Shown piece after piece: positions 1 through 12,463 of a DNA stretch of 64,000 nt. Each line of letters starts with the position of its first letter. The stretch's first letter is position 1. Under the pieces are notes generated by a model. That model worked only from the letters and a program-made list of their open reading frames with translations. It ran no database searches and had not been told where the DNA came from. Source of the stretch: Azolla caroliniana (lineage: Eukaryota; Plantae; Polypodiophyta); NCBI GenBank assembly GCA_043228905.1, contig JBHGNT010000020.1, positions 7,564,001 through 7,628,000 on the forward strand, given 5' to 3'. A program made the translations under genes and the position numbers.

Positions 1-42
1 TGACCGGCCAACAGTCTGGAGTAGAACGGAATTGCAGAATGC

Positions 43-2205
43 ATGAATCGGACGATTCAAGAACACGCAGTATCCATGCTCCAACACTCCGTACTGTCGG
101 ATGGCTTTTGGGCGGAGGCTCTACTTACAGCAGTACACATAATAAATATGTCGGCAAGTAAACCTCGAGGACTTCAAATACCTCAGGAAATATGGACCGG
201 TAGTAAGCCGAATTATGACAAGCTGAGGATCGTCGGTTGCGAGGCATACGCCCTCATACCGAAAGAAGATCGCCGGAAACTCAAACTAAGATCAAGGAAA
301 TCCGTTTTCCTTGGGTATGGACCCGACGACGAGATCAGATACCGACTCTAGGACCCTAAGCACAGACAAATCGTCTGAAGTTCGGCTATGCATAAAACGG
401 TTGAAAGGCCTATTGAAGTTCGAAGGGTAATATTTTCCGAAGTGTCAACCCTTCATGAAGGCCCAGCCCACAACACGAGATCGGTTTCACAGGTAACCGA
501 CACCTCCCGCACTGAATCCACCGATTCAGCACAGCCGAGTGGCTCGGCTTCCGACCATCCGACGTCGACACCCGGTGCGACTAGTCCAGTCATACCTCGC
601 CGGGAATCTTCTTCACCGACGCCGGTGAACCCACGTCTTACGAAGAAGCATCGGCATCCGCTGACTCAACCACCTGGCATCTGGCGATGGAGTCGAAAAT
701 GCACTCCATTCGCGCAAACAAGACTTGGGACTTGGTCGAATTACCGAAGAATCGACATGCTCTTCCGTGTAAGTGGGTCTATCAACTAAAAGAGACGTCC
801 GACTCGACCACCCCAAAGTACAAGGCCAAATTAGTTTCGAAGAGATTTTGACAAGAATATGGTGTCGACTTCAACGAAATCTTTTCACCAATGGTGAAAA
901 TAACAACCCTTCGTTTCATGTTCGGCGTCGTGGCCGCCGACAACTTGGAGCTGATTCAACTAGATGTAAAAACGACATTCCTCCATGGTGACCTACAGGA
1001 GGAAATCTATATGGAGCAGCCGAAAGGCTTTGTGGCATCCGGCTAGGAACATCTAGTCTGCCGACTCAGGAAGAGTCTCTACGGCCTGAAACAGGCACCC
1101 CGACAGTGGTACAAGAAGTTCAACGACTTCATCCAGTCGGTCGGCTTCTCCAAGAGCAATGAGGACCACTGTCTCTTCACCAAAACAGCTCAAGACGGGT
1201 CTCCCGTCTTCCTCATCATTTACATGGACAACAGGCTCCTCTCCAGCCGACATGCCGAAGAGCTCACTGAACTCGTTCGGAAACTGCGGTTGAAGTTTGC
1301 CATGAAGAACCTCGGTCCGACAAGACACATACTCGGTATGAAGATTAGTCGGCATCGCGATAAACGACAACTTTTCTTGTCTCAAACCGATTACATCGGA
1401 CGTGTCTTGGAACGCTTCAACATGCACTCGGCCAAGTCTGCTTCGACCCCGCTTCACATTAACCTTCGGCTTTCTCAGCAAGACTGCCCAACATCCGGTC
1501 TGGAGGGGGTTAGATATGAAGTCGGTACCGTATGCACCGGAAGTCGGCCCCCTTATGTACGCGATGGTTGCGACACGGCCTGATATTTCTCACGTCGTAG
1601 GAGTCGTCAGCAGATTCATGCACAACCCAGGCCGATTGCACTGGAACGCAGTCAAGCATTTGTTTAAATATCTAGCTGGCACAAAAGACCACGGCATCCT
1701 GTTTGGCCCGAACCCAACCTCAGGCGTAGTCGGTTACACCGACTCGAACTTCGCCAGTTGTGTGGACAGTCGGAAATCAACAACTGGAAATTGCTTCAAA
1801 TTCGGCAACGAAACAATCTCGTGGAAGTCGAAACTCCAGGAGTGCACAGCCACCTCAACGACCGAAGCAGAATATGAAGCCGTGTCCGACGCGGCAAAAG
1901 AAGCCTTATGGCTCGGTCGCCTGGCGCACACGTTTCGACAAGTCGACTCCGACTCGGCTCCAGTTGTCTACAGCAACAGTCAGGGTGTTGTTGCTTTGTC
2001 AAAGAATCCGGTTCACCACAACGCCTCCAAGCATATCAACGTTCGATATCACTTCGTTCGGGACTGCGTCATTTCAGGGAAAATCGGTCTAGAGAAGATA
2101 TCCACAATCGATAATATCGTAGATGGAATGACCAAGTGTCTTTCGACGGATCGTATCCGGTCCCTTCGGCACCAGATGGGCGTAACGAAAAATCAGTCCG
2201 GTTAA
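43..2205 (+). pseudogene. Degenerate copia pol (IN-RT-RNase H)
   Basis: ORFs 43-351, 1224-1583 and 1402-2205 carry copia motifs, separated by stops and frameshifts. Confidence 0.9.
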
Positions 2206-2401
2206 AGTCGGACACACAACATAGGATGGTTTCGGACCACCGACATCGGTTCTCTGAGGATCGTCTTTAGCTCTTCCGACCCGACCGGCTCGGTCTTCTG
2301 TCTTCGGATCTTGTCGACTCTAACAAAATCGATCTGTTCGAGAAACCTTGTATATACCTGAATTCTTTAGATAACCCATGTATACGCCCATTACGGGGGA
2401 G

Positions 2402-2600
2402 TGTCGAATATGAGTGTATAATGGCCGTATTCACACTGTCCCTTTGGACAACCCAAGTTTGGGTTATTTCTGTAAATAGCATAAAGGGTAGTTGCCCTAG
2501 GACAATCACTATATAAAGTAACTTTGTAACCTTTAGTTGGTGTTGTTGGTGGTCGTTGTTGTAACTGTTGCTAAGAAATAAAACGTCTTCTTTGTGCCTA

Positions 2601-2631
<31 letters not shown>

Positions 2632-2713
2632 ATCTTGCTCATGTGCATACACAGGTTCTTCTTCATCACGAATGTTGCTTGCACTTCCACATTGACGGCC
2701 TTGTTTCCCAACA
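2402..2713 (+). repeat. 3' LTR of first copia
   Basis: TG...CA ends, follows the PPT, contains TATATAAA (~2510) and (CT)n. Gypsy coding sequence resumes at 2714. Confidence 0.75.
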
Positions 2714-5700
2714 GGATGTCCCGAGACTTCTTTCCTCTTTTGCTCGCTATCGGCGGGTAGCGGTCCCGCGACCAGTTTCACTTTCTTCTCCACAGTCTTG
2801 TATTTCGTACTTACCATTGCTTCTTCTTTGCGGAGCGCATCCGACCCCATTTTCGCAATGATCTTGTACATCTCGACCGATTCCACCGGAACTACCCAGT
2901 CTCCCTGGCTATTTTCTTTTGCAAGCTCTTCAAGCCGTTGTAGCGTGCTCCCATAGAACACTTCTTCGACTACTCCCATGATTTCTTCGTCTTCTTTTAT
3001 TATTGTTCCGACCGTGTAACTTATCCTCTACTTTTCGGTATTCTTTCTTCATTCCTCCAGTTACGGCCGTGTAAGTGGATGCCCCATCCGGACCGATTCG
3101 TACTTGTTTTGCTCCGAGAGTTTTCTTCCTATGTGGGGTATCAGGGCTTCTTGGACTATCACTTCCCCACTCCGCAACAAACCACTCTAAAAATCCATCT
3201 TTGTTTGGGACAAGAGCTCCCTCTTGTTCCTTTCATGATTCACAGGCATAGTTAGGAATTGGACGGATTTCCCTCCGCTTTGACTCTGAATTCGTGCGAA
3301 AGCCGCACTGCTATCGAGCACCTTCGTCTCCATCCGTGATGCCGTGATAAAGGGTTGCCCGAGGATCATGGAGTGTGAGACCTCATCTTGCACGAAGAAA
3401 TTTTGGTCTATCTCCACATCTCCGATCTTCACTGTCACATCCAGACAAGCCACAAATAGGTCTTATGTTGCTTTAGTGGCTGCCCGAATCTTCCATCCAT
3501 GATTAGTATTAATAGGCCACTTCCCCATCCAGTAGAACTCCTTGGACATCAAGTTGATCTCCGATCCGTGATCAATCAATGCTAGCATGGGCTCTTTGAT
3601 GTTGCCAATTCGAACCAGAGTCTTCGTAGTTGCACGTGCCCAATGTGGCCTTATGTAGTGGGAGTTCGGAATTTCGTCCTCCAATTCGGTGTCATTCATT
3701 AAAACGGTATTTGCATTCACCCTTAGAGCATTTTCCTCCGTACTTTGTCTTTTCCTCTTCACAAGATCCACAAGAAGATCGTGGAACTCCTTCGCTATTC
3801 CGAGTAATTCCCGAAGCGAAAATTCTACCCGGCTATCGAGGATTCTCTCCTCGAACACCTTTTTCAAGTCCGTTTGTTGTTCGATGTTCGAGGCGAGCTT
3901 GAATGCCGGAATTGCCTTTTCTTTTCCCTTCCCTCCGGAGTTCCAACTTTCCGGTGTCTTCGATGGTCCGGCTGCATCATCCGTGCGCCATCGTTTCTCG
4001 TCTATATACACTTCATGCAATTGACATAAGGCGTACACGCTATTCTTATCGACGGGGCACTCCCATCCCGTAGCTTCACGGATGCCTTCCGCGGTGCTTC
4101 AGATCTCATTGGAGTCGGTTTTCTCGGGGTCTTCTAGCACATCCGGCCAAAAAGACGCCTTTGCTCCCGATGACTCACCCACACTTATTCCCGCAATTGT
4201 CGCATAATTACCTTTCGCCGTTATTTCCTCCTCTAGGATCTTCTTCATGCCGCCTTTCCGGAAGTTTGGTTGGGGTGCCTTCCGAGAGTCCATCGAATGA
4301 ATCTGATTTCCCTCGTAGTAGATAAGATCTCGTTGTCATGCCTCCTTGTGCTCGTCACAATCCCTCCGATCATCTTCGGTGCTATCACACCATATACACC
4401 GACGGTCCATATACTTGGAACTTGTGGGACGGTCATCCGACTTCTTCACCATCGCGATTTTTAGATTCTCCATCTCCTTCAGCAACTCTCCACCGTGGTT
4501 GCGTTGATTCCCTTCTCGGTCGTAGACTCCCGAGTCCACAGTTGATGGTCTTCCAATCCAGATCTCGATTTCGGAATCGGTTCCGAAACCCTCTTTTCTT
4601 TGTTAGCAAGCCATTGCCCCCTCTTTGTGTATCGTGCGACGATATCTCGCACGTTATCCCATGTATCGGTGAGGCCACTCTCGGTGGTCGTGTCCTCTAG
4701 AAGCACTCCAAGGTCTTTCTGGTCCCGGATGTCCACAGCTCGTAGGAACATGATCACTTTGTCCGGTGCGAGGATAGCTTGATCTCTCATGGACAACCAC
4801 CCGAACCGACTTTTGAATGCCGAAAACACATCGAGGACCTTCATCCCCTTGTCCAGCGTTTCCACCCAATCTTCGAATCCTCTCTTCATTGCCTTGGAGG
4901 AGTCCTCGATGGCGAACGTGGTCTTTAGGGCCTCTTCAAATGCTTCCCATGTCGGATTCTGTTGTCGTATCCCGTGGATACTCCCTTGAAGACCGTCAAT
5001 CGCCACCCGGTTGAAGGATGTCACTTGTAATCCTTCCGAAATTCCGCACCGTAGCATTTCCACCTTGTAATCTCATAAATACCGTGACACATCTTTCCCA
5101 TTGAAATCCTCGTTTTGTTGCACTAGCTGCTCTACTGCCGCCACAATCTCCGACATCGCGCGTTGTTCTTGTAGCATCCGCTCGAACATCGCCATCATGT
5201 TGTTAGCCTCTGGTTGAATTTCCATCTCCTTGCCACCCGGTTTCACGCCGGGTTCACCACTTGTGTCGTGCCTTTCGGCTTTGGATCGTTGCGTGAGTCG
5301 GGTGGGAACCACTGAGGTTTTGGACTAAGAAAAAGAAGAATATGAGATAAGGCTAGTAATGAAAAGGTAGAAAGAGAGGTAAGTTATGAATCTCGTGAAT
5401 CCCACGAGTTTAGTGTATTTAATCAATATTTAGATAGTAAGAGACAATTTAGATGATAATTCGTGAATCTCACAAGTATATTATATTGGTCAATCCTTAC
5501 AAAATAATCAACAACCCTATACATCTTTCTCTCCTCCTTATAATGAATAGGTAGAAAGAGGTAAGTTATGAATCTCGTGAATCCCACGAGTTTAGTGTAT
5601 TTAATCAATATTTAGATAGTAAGAGACAATTTAGATGACAATTCGTGAATCTCACAAATATATTATATTGGTCAATCCTTACAAAATAATCAACAACCCT

Positions 5701-5981
5701 ATACATCTTTCTCTCCTCCTTATATAAGGATGGGAGAGACTAAGCATAGCTTCCTGCCTTTTCTCAAGTGTTCATGCACACTAAATGTGCATGAGTTGCC
5801 TTTTTCCACTATGCTTTTATTTCCTAAATATAGTGCTCATGCACGCTAGATGTGCACGAGTATTGGTTTATATTTTTCTTGTAAATAAAGTATTTACGCA
5901 CTCTAAAAATGCATGATTTACCTTTTAATAAAGGTAGGCATAAATAAAAGTCTTATAGCTATTAAATCTATATTTATAACA
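2714..5981 (-). mobile_element. Ty3/gypsy retrotransposon, 5' part (LTR, gag, protease), degenerate
   Basis: Gag fragments 4336-5312 with decayed knuckle CIWCDSTEDDRRDC. Protease LIDHGSEINLM...ILGQPF (3187-4038). PBS-like TGGTTCCCACCCGAC on - strand next to LTR 5313-5981. Confidence 0.85.
5313..5981 (-). repeat. 5' LTR of the gypsy element, containing a 182-bp tandem duplication (~5357-5722)
   Basis: On - strand starts TGTTATAA and ends AACCTCA, 1 nt before TGGTTCCC. GTAAGTTATGAATCTCGTG occurs at 5379 and 5561. Confidence 0.7.
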
Positions 5982-6404
5982 CTTATGATAAGTTAATACA
6001 ATGGTAAAGTTTTGGTTTGTTTACATGGAGGTACAAGATTCGAATCTTGCCCTATGCATATAATAAATATTTTAATATTTTCTTTTATTTATATATATGT
6101 ACTTAAATCGGATATATTATTTTAACATTTTTCATGTAGTGTGCGGACTGCACTACGACAACGCGACGACTAGCAACGTGCAGAGTCTTGCAGAAATCGT
6201 GATTCATACCATTTCATCTGAACTATCAGACCACATGTCCAACGTTCGACATCACGTATTGCATATCCCAACTCAGCCAAATGGTTAGGATTGTGGCTTT
6301 TACGTTGTCATGGAAATCCGCGAGTTCGTGTCAAAAGGAGCGGAACCACGGGGGTCTCGGACGAGGAAGAGATGGATGTCAGGAGACCAACTCTCTCCAG
6401 TATC

Positions 6405-6464
6405 AGCTGCACCGGCTGTGGCGCAAACCGGAACGATTCCAAAAGCGTACCGAAGTCTACCGAA

Positions 6465-6504
<40 letters not shown>

Positions 6505-7085
6505 TGTGCAACACCGACTCAATGCACACCTCTTATGTATAGGAAACAAAAGAAAGAAACGCACCCGACACCAACAAAGACACAAATATGCACAACCTTT
6601 TATATCTATATTTACAAGACAACATGATACATCTCCGACTCTGAGCCAAACCTAGGTAGATCAGGTTACGACAGTTGTCTGCTGCCAAGCCGTCGGTCGG
6701 GGAGTTCTCGGGCTCGTCGCACCGAGCGGGGTCTTGCATAGGAGACAAAGCAAAAACGAAACCACTAGTACATGCGGGCTCCCGACCAGACTAAACCCTA
6801 AACAGACACAAAGAAGAGCTAAAAGAAACCCTAAAGTAAGGAGAAGAGAAAACTAACACACCTTCGACCTAAGTGGTATACCTCTTAACTCAAAATGGGC
6901 AACCCTTTTCCAAGGGACCCTCCCTTCCTTTTATAGCACAAGGAGGGAGGTGTGTAACAATGTGGGATAAATCCCGTATTACATGGGATTCTCTATCCCA
7001 ACTTAACTCCTATTCGGCGCCTTAAAGGAACCCGCTACCTTTGTACATCTTTTACAAGAGTAAGTGCACACGATGCACTTCGCCA
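6405..7085 (-). mobile_element. Probable solo LTR
   Basis: Flanked by GTATC (6400-6404) and ATATC (7086-7090). Contains (GA)n and CTATAAAAG on - strand. Removing it joins the flanking frames (...GDQLSPVS|LQPRFSH...). One terminus is not canonical TG/CA. Confidence 0.5.
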
Positions 7086-7770
7086 ATATCCCTACAACCT
7101 CGGTTTTCGCACCGTGGTCGTGAATCCTCACAACAACGAGATGAAGACTATGTAGATGTTGGTCAAGGAGTTCTAACGAGGATGGGTATCTCCGGCTTTT
7201 GTAAGTGCATCCGGAAATGTCTTATTCATGTGGTTTTTGTATAGCTATGTTCTTATACATATTTGGTGACAGGGCACAAAGATGTGGTTCACCAAACACG
7301 AAGTGGATTCACTTCGAATTCATGTGCACGCGTGGGCACGAAGGGTAGTGGGGTTTGCACCTGGGACTGGTAGCCCCATATTGTAAATTTTGGATTGGCT
7401 ATAGAAATTTTGTCATGGCTATCATGGCCATAGATATTAGACCTTGGTTGTCATATAATGGATATTATGTATACGACAAATATTGTAAATATCGTCATGT
7501 TATTTGTACCGGAGTGGATGTTGTAAATGTGGTCTTATATTTTGTTATTAACGGATGTTGTAATATGGTCACCACTTTTTGTATAGCGAGCAGCGACTCA
7601 TTGTATATCGAAAATTCTTATTAATGGAAAAGTTGTTTATCTCAAGTGTTGCTCTCTAGCCCCTAAACCTGTTTTTCAAAGATATGTTGATTTCTCACTC
7701 ATAGTGTGATTTGTGTTTGTTGTTTTTCAAAGATATGTTGTTTTCATACATATGTTATTTCATAACTATT

Positions 7771-8670
7771 CAGGTCACCCAACCCTCTTAAATATGGTCG
7801 TCTAACCTGTTTAAAAAATATATCTTCTCGTAAACCAGTCACCCAACATGTTTTAATATGGTCGCCCAACCCTCTTAAAAATTGGTCGCCCAACCTATTA
7901 CTCAAATCACCCCTGTTGTATAAATCAGGTCTCCCAACCCTCGTAAAAAACATCTCTTCTCATAAACAGGTTGCGCAACCTCTATAAAAACAACTCATTA
8001 TCGTAAACCAGGTCACCCAACCCTCTTAAATATGGTCGCCCAACCTATTACTCAAGCCACCTTGTTGTATAAATCAGGTCTCCCAACCCTCATAAAAAAC
8101 ATCTCTTCTCATAAACAAGTTGCGCGACCTCTTTAAAAGCAACTCGTTATCGTAAACCAGGTCACCCAACCCTCTTAAATATGGTCGCCCAACCTATTAC
8201 TCAAGTCACCCTGTTGTATAAATCAGGTCTCCCAACCCTTGTAAAAAACATCTCTTCTCATAAACAGGTTGCACAACCTCTTTAAAAGCAACTCGTTATT
8301 GTAAACCAAGTCACCCAACCCTCTTAAATATGGTCGTCCAACCTGTTTTAATATGGTCTCCCAACCTATTTATAAATTAGGTCTCCCAACCCTCTTCAAA
8401 AACATCTCTTCTCATAAACAGGTTGCCCAACCTGTTTTAATATGGTCACCCAACCTATTACTCATGTCACCCTATTGTATAAATCAGGTCTCCCAACCCT
8501 CTTAAAAAACATCTCTTCTCATAAACAAGTCACCTAACCTGTTTTTATATGGTCACCGAACCTATTAAACATGTCGCCCAACCTATTACTTAGGTCACCC
8601 TATTGGACAAATCAGGTCTCCCAACCCTCGTAAAAAACATCTCTCCTCATAAACAAGTCGCCCAACCTGT
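7771..8670. repeat. Tandem repeat array, ~149-bp unit built from GGTC(A/G/T)CCCAACC sub-repeats
   Basis: Unit starts at 8011, 8160 and 8309. The core motif recurs every ~20-45 bp. Confidence 0.9.
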
Positions 8671-9929
8671 TAAAAAAAAAAGAGGCCAAAAAACGAACAT
8701 ATTAAGGAATAAATTAATCACATTTTAAGTCACATTAATCCCTAAACCCCCTATTGGTAATCAAACTTGATTCATCCTCCAATTAATTACAGAGGCACAC
8801 TTGATTCATATTGTTACAGAGGCACATCTTAATCATATTCTAGCTAATTACATCTTTGTCTTAAATTTTCAATTAAACGTGATGTCTTGACATTTAGATC
8901 AACGGACTCGAATACTGATTGTTGCAAGAATTGTGGCCGCATCTTGCCATCATCTCCAGATGAGCCATAAAGATAGCTTGAGCGGTTTTGCAGATCGGTG
9001 CATTCTTGTTTACGATGTTTAAAGTGGATTTCTGTTAAAAGGATGTCATGTGTTGATTTATGTTTTAAGTTTTAGGGTTCAAGTATATTATAAGTTGCTT
9101 TCTATTTTAAGTTTTAAGTTTTTTAACTTTTAATTTTTCTATTTTAAGATGATTATTTGTTTTATGAAAAGTATGGTGAAGATCGTCGATTTTGGTAAAT
9201 TTCAGCATGGAGGTTGACTACATGGTAAATTTTTTGTCAACTTTATTACCTTAGGAGAAATGTTATTAGGTTTAAATCCCAACTTAGATATATCTTAAGA
9301 TTGAAATTGTGTTCATTTGCATGTAACAAGAGCTACAATATTGACTAGATAGATGAAATATGAAAAGAAGATCTCATTTTGGGGTTTAGTAACATATTCC
9401 ACTAAGTGAAATAAGGTAGAATAGTTTCCATTACTTTCGTAAACCCTAAACCTAATGTAGAACCGTTTCCAATACTTTCCTTTAGTCTAATGAATTATTG
9501 TTTTTTGGAAACATCGTTTTGAACCTTAGGTGTAATGGTGGTTTGATTTGAAACATATTTCATTATTATAGTAAGTTGGTTTTGCATTTGTATTTTTCTT
9601 GCAAACTACATAATCTAAGGAAAAGGTGCACTAGAAAGAAATGTTGTATAGCCAATAGTGTGATTGATATGTAGCACATATATTGATTGATAAGCTTCAC
9701 ATATTGAATCAATCATATATTAATCCTTTCCTCGTTGATGGGAGGAATACATTAATATACATGCAAGAATCAATTGCTAGTTGCTAAAATCCCAAAACCA
9801 AATGGCGAAACCCTAAAAAAGAAAGAAATTGAAGAAGAAGAAAACCTAAATGACCCCAAAATTGACCAATAAGCAAAATAAACCCTCTTCTCAATAAGAG
9901 AGGAAAAGAGATTGGAACCTTGCACCAAT

Positions 9930-11583
9930 TCAGCCTTGCCATCCGGAGGACAGGGTCGCGAACTCCATCTTGCGGGCATGGTGCCATCTACGACAACATT
10001 TGGCCAAACACACCCCGGAGACATTGACCGAATGGACTAGACAGCCACTATTCTGGAATCCTCACGTGCGAACAAGTGACGACATGATGCTAGGGCAACT
10101 TAAGGGCCTAGCATGGGGAAAGCTGGCACAAACAGGCCTCCTATCTATAGACGATTGGAGACGCATGGCTGTTTCAAGAAGAGCCCAAGAGGACCTTTTC
10201 CCTCCCCTCAAGGGAGCTACGAAAATGCGGAGACTGATAGTTGAGGCAGTTGACAGGGTTCCGATGGGGGAGGTGAGAGAACCTGCATGGTTCGGTCTCT
10301 TTGACGAGGTTGGAATGGTCAAGTCCCTAAAGGGTGTGAGCGGATCGGGGAGAGATACAGTTTTTGGGGACAGTCAGAGCAGGGGCTCTTGGCACCCAAT
10401 CCGAGTGGTGGCACAGGTTAACAACATCTGGAAGACAGACCCGGATGTTGCTAAGGTGAAACCCCATTGGAGGTTAAGGGTATATGGCTGTCGCCCCCTT
10501 GTCGATTTGGATTGGGACCCAGGGGATTTCAGATGGAAACATGATGATAGACTCCATCACTTCTTCGATTACACCACTAAATTGGGTCGGACTTTGCAAT
10601 TGCAGTTGGACAGCCCCCTTCGCAATGGCTGGCGAACATTGGGCATCCCCGATGAGGCGCTCATTACCTTTTGGAAAGGTCTCTGGTGCCTCCACATGCC
10701 TGAAAAGATCAAGCTCTTTTTGTGGCAGATCGGTCATAATGTGGTGCCCGTTGGTGAATGGCTAGGTAAACGCGGCGGCCCGTTAGGCTGCCCACTGTGC
10801 TCTTGACCTATTGAGACTATGAGACATTGTCTGTGGGATTGCCCTCAAGCTCAAAAGATCTGGGATAGCGTGACTCGCCTCCTTGTGGCATGTGAAGTTG
10901 AAGGAACAGCCTCGTGGAGCGCTGCGGCATGAATTGGTCACTCGGTCGAAGGGTGGACGGACACCGTCAATGTAGATAGTTGGTGCTATGTATGAGAGGC
11001 AAAATCGTCAAGATCCGTTTCGAAAGAGGCTTGGAGCCCGCATTCCCTAGGTTTCCAGAAATCTGGATGTTGATCGCAGGTTTCACCTTGTTGCCTCAAG
11101 GTTTTCCAAGTTATGGTACGACCCCCGGAGGAAGGGATCATGGACATATGGTTCGCGATTATCAGCTGCCTACGAGGGCAACTGGAAGAGATTTGCAGCC
11201 ACTCCAACGACGTGATCTCTGCCCGGTTGTGCTTTTGGCAGAAATGGAGGAACACACCTATGGTGATGCAAGGCGGGAGTGGCCCGATGTGGAATTACCA
11301 GCCCCCACGCTGGTTGTTTCCTACTCACCTGCCACCCTCTCTTCGTTGTAGGCCCCAAGAGCCGACTCGTACTAGGCAACATTGAAGGGCATCGCCTTAG
11401 ATATAGGTAGCTTCTTACATTAAGTTAGGCCGCAAGGCATTGTAAGTAGGCTCATCTTCTTTTACTTGATCGGAGGAAGACTCCCCGATGTGTGTATAAG
11501 TCTCCTTGTAGACTCTCTATGTAATAATCATTCCTAACTAATGGGAAAGTAGCTTCATTTAAAATTTAAAAAAAAAAAAAAAA
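9930..11583 (+). mobile_element. 5'-truncated L1-type LINE (ORF2 C-terminus with zf-RVT, poly(A) tail)
   Basis: FWKGLWCLHMPEKIKLFLWQI...CPLCS*PIETMRHCLWDCPQAQKIW is a zf-RVT motif. GC-rich island ending in poly(A) at ~11569-11583. 5' boundary approximate, no clear TSD. Confidence 0.82.
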
Positions 11584-11832
11584 CTCCAACCACTAAACCA
11601 TTACCTTTTAGTATTATTTTTTGTGGACTACTGATAGGGTTGGGCGACCAAGGACTCAGAGTTGGGCGACCTCTGACATATTTTTTTTCGCGCGTTTCTT
11701 TCGTAGCCACGGATGGTGCAGATCGCACACGCCTTCCTCTAAGAAACCTGCACCGTCCGTCCGTGGCCGTGATTCCCTCCCCAACCCTATTTATGATTTG
11801 GTATATAATAGCACGAGCGGTGCAAATAGACA

Positions 11833-12024
11833 GGCCCATAACATACATACATACATTATACTGTATACATATGTATGTATGTACATATATGAAGATACAT
11901 ACGTACATACATATGTGCAATATACATCTGCATATACATATTATGTAGTAGCATAACAACAAATACAGTTAAAGACAAAAAGACACACAAAGGGTTTTTA
12001 TTAGTGGTAAAGCTATTAGGGTTT
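11833..12024 (+). promoter_or_regulatory. UTP6 proximal promoter: site II motif (GGCCCA 11833-11838) and telo-box (TAGGGTTT 12017-12024)
   Basis: Motifs read directly. The site II plus telo-box pair is typical of plant ribosome-biogenesis genes. Confidence 0.55.
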
Positions 12025-12049
12025 AGCAGAAGGAAGGAAAGAATCAGCG

Positions 12050-12463
12050 ATGGCGGACAGCGCCTACTATCACCTGGAGCGTATGCTCCCAGAGCTCGAT
12101 GACCTGAAGGAAAGGGGCCTCTTCTCTGTCGCAGAGATCAGAGAGATCGCAAGGCAGCGCCGGGAGTTCGAATTCCGCCTCCAGCGCCGCTCAAAGGTTA
12201 AAGAAGACTACCTCAGGTACATAGACTACGAAAAAAAGCTTGAGAAGCTTAGACGTATCAGAAAGAAAGCCATCGTTCGTGAGCTCCAAGATGCTTCATC
12301 TGAGAAGAAGAAGGGGTGGCAGCCTTCTCTGTGTGATAGAGCTAGTGCCATGAGAATTATGTTGATTTATGAACGTGCTGTGACACGCTTCAAAGGAGAT
12401 CTTGGCCTCTGGTTGCAGTTTATTCAGTATTGTCGGTCCCAAGGTACTCGGAGAATGCAAAAG
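12050..12463 (+). CDS. UTP6: UTP6 exon 1
   Basis: ATG to AAG|GTATGA, 138 codons. Confidence 0.92.

Larger units (their letters stand above)
1..2713 (+). mobile_element. Ty1/copia LTR retrotransposon, 3' part (5' end outside window), inserted in the gypsy element to its right
   Basis: Broken ORFs in copia order: integrase end (FWAEALLTAVHIIN), RT, RNase H (DSRKSTTG, SWKSKLQ, STTEAEY, KHINVRYHFVRD). Purine tract GGGGGAG at 2395-2401, then TGTCGAA...CCAACA at 2402-2713. Confidence 0.92.

Noticed and set aside
5985-6060. tRNA/SINE-like GATTCGAATC
   Set aside because: Too degenerate, with no acceptor stem, tail or TSD.
6310-7244. Short ORF restored by removing the solo LTR
   Set aside because: About 80 aa with no recognisable motif. 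Used only as support for the insertion boundaries.
7771-8670. CRISPR-like periodicity
   Set aside because: The intervening sequences are themselves repeated, there are no cas genes, and the context is eukaryotic.
9380-9850. Scattered AAACCCTAAA motifs as interstitial telomere
   Set aside because: Isolated copies, not a tandem array.
11555-11962. Overlapping ORFs upstream of UTP6
   Set aside because: Produced by (TACA)n-like low-complexity sequence.
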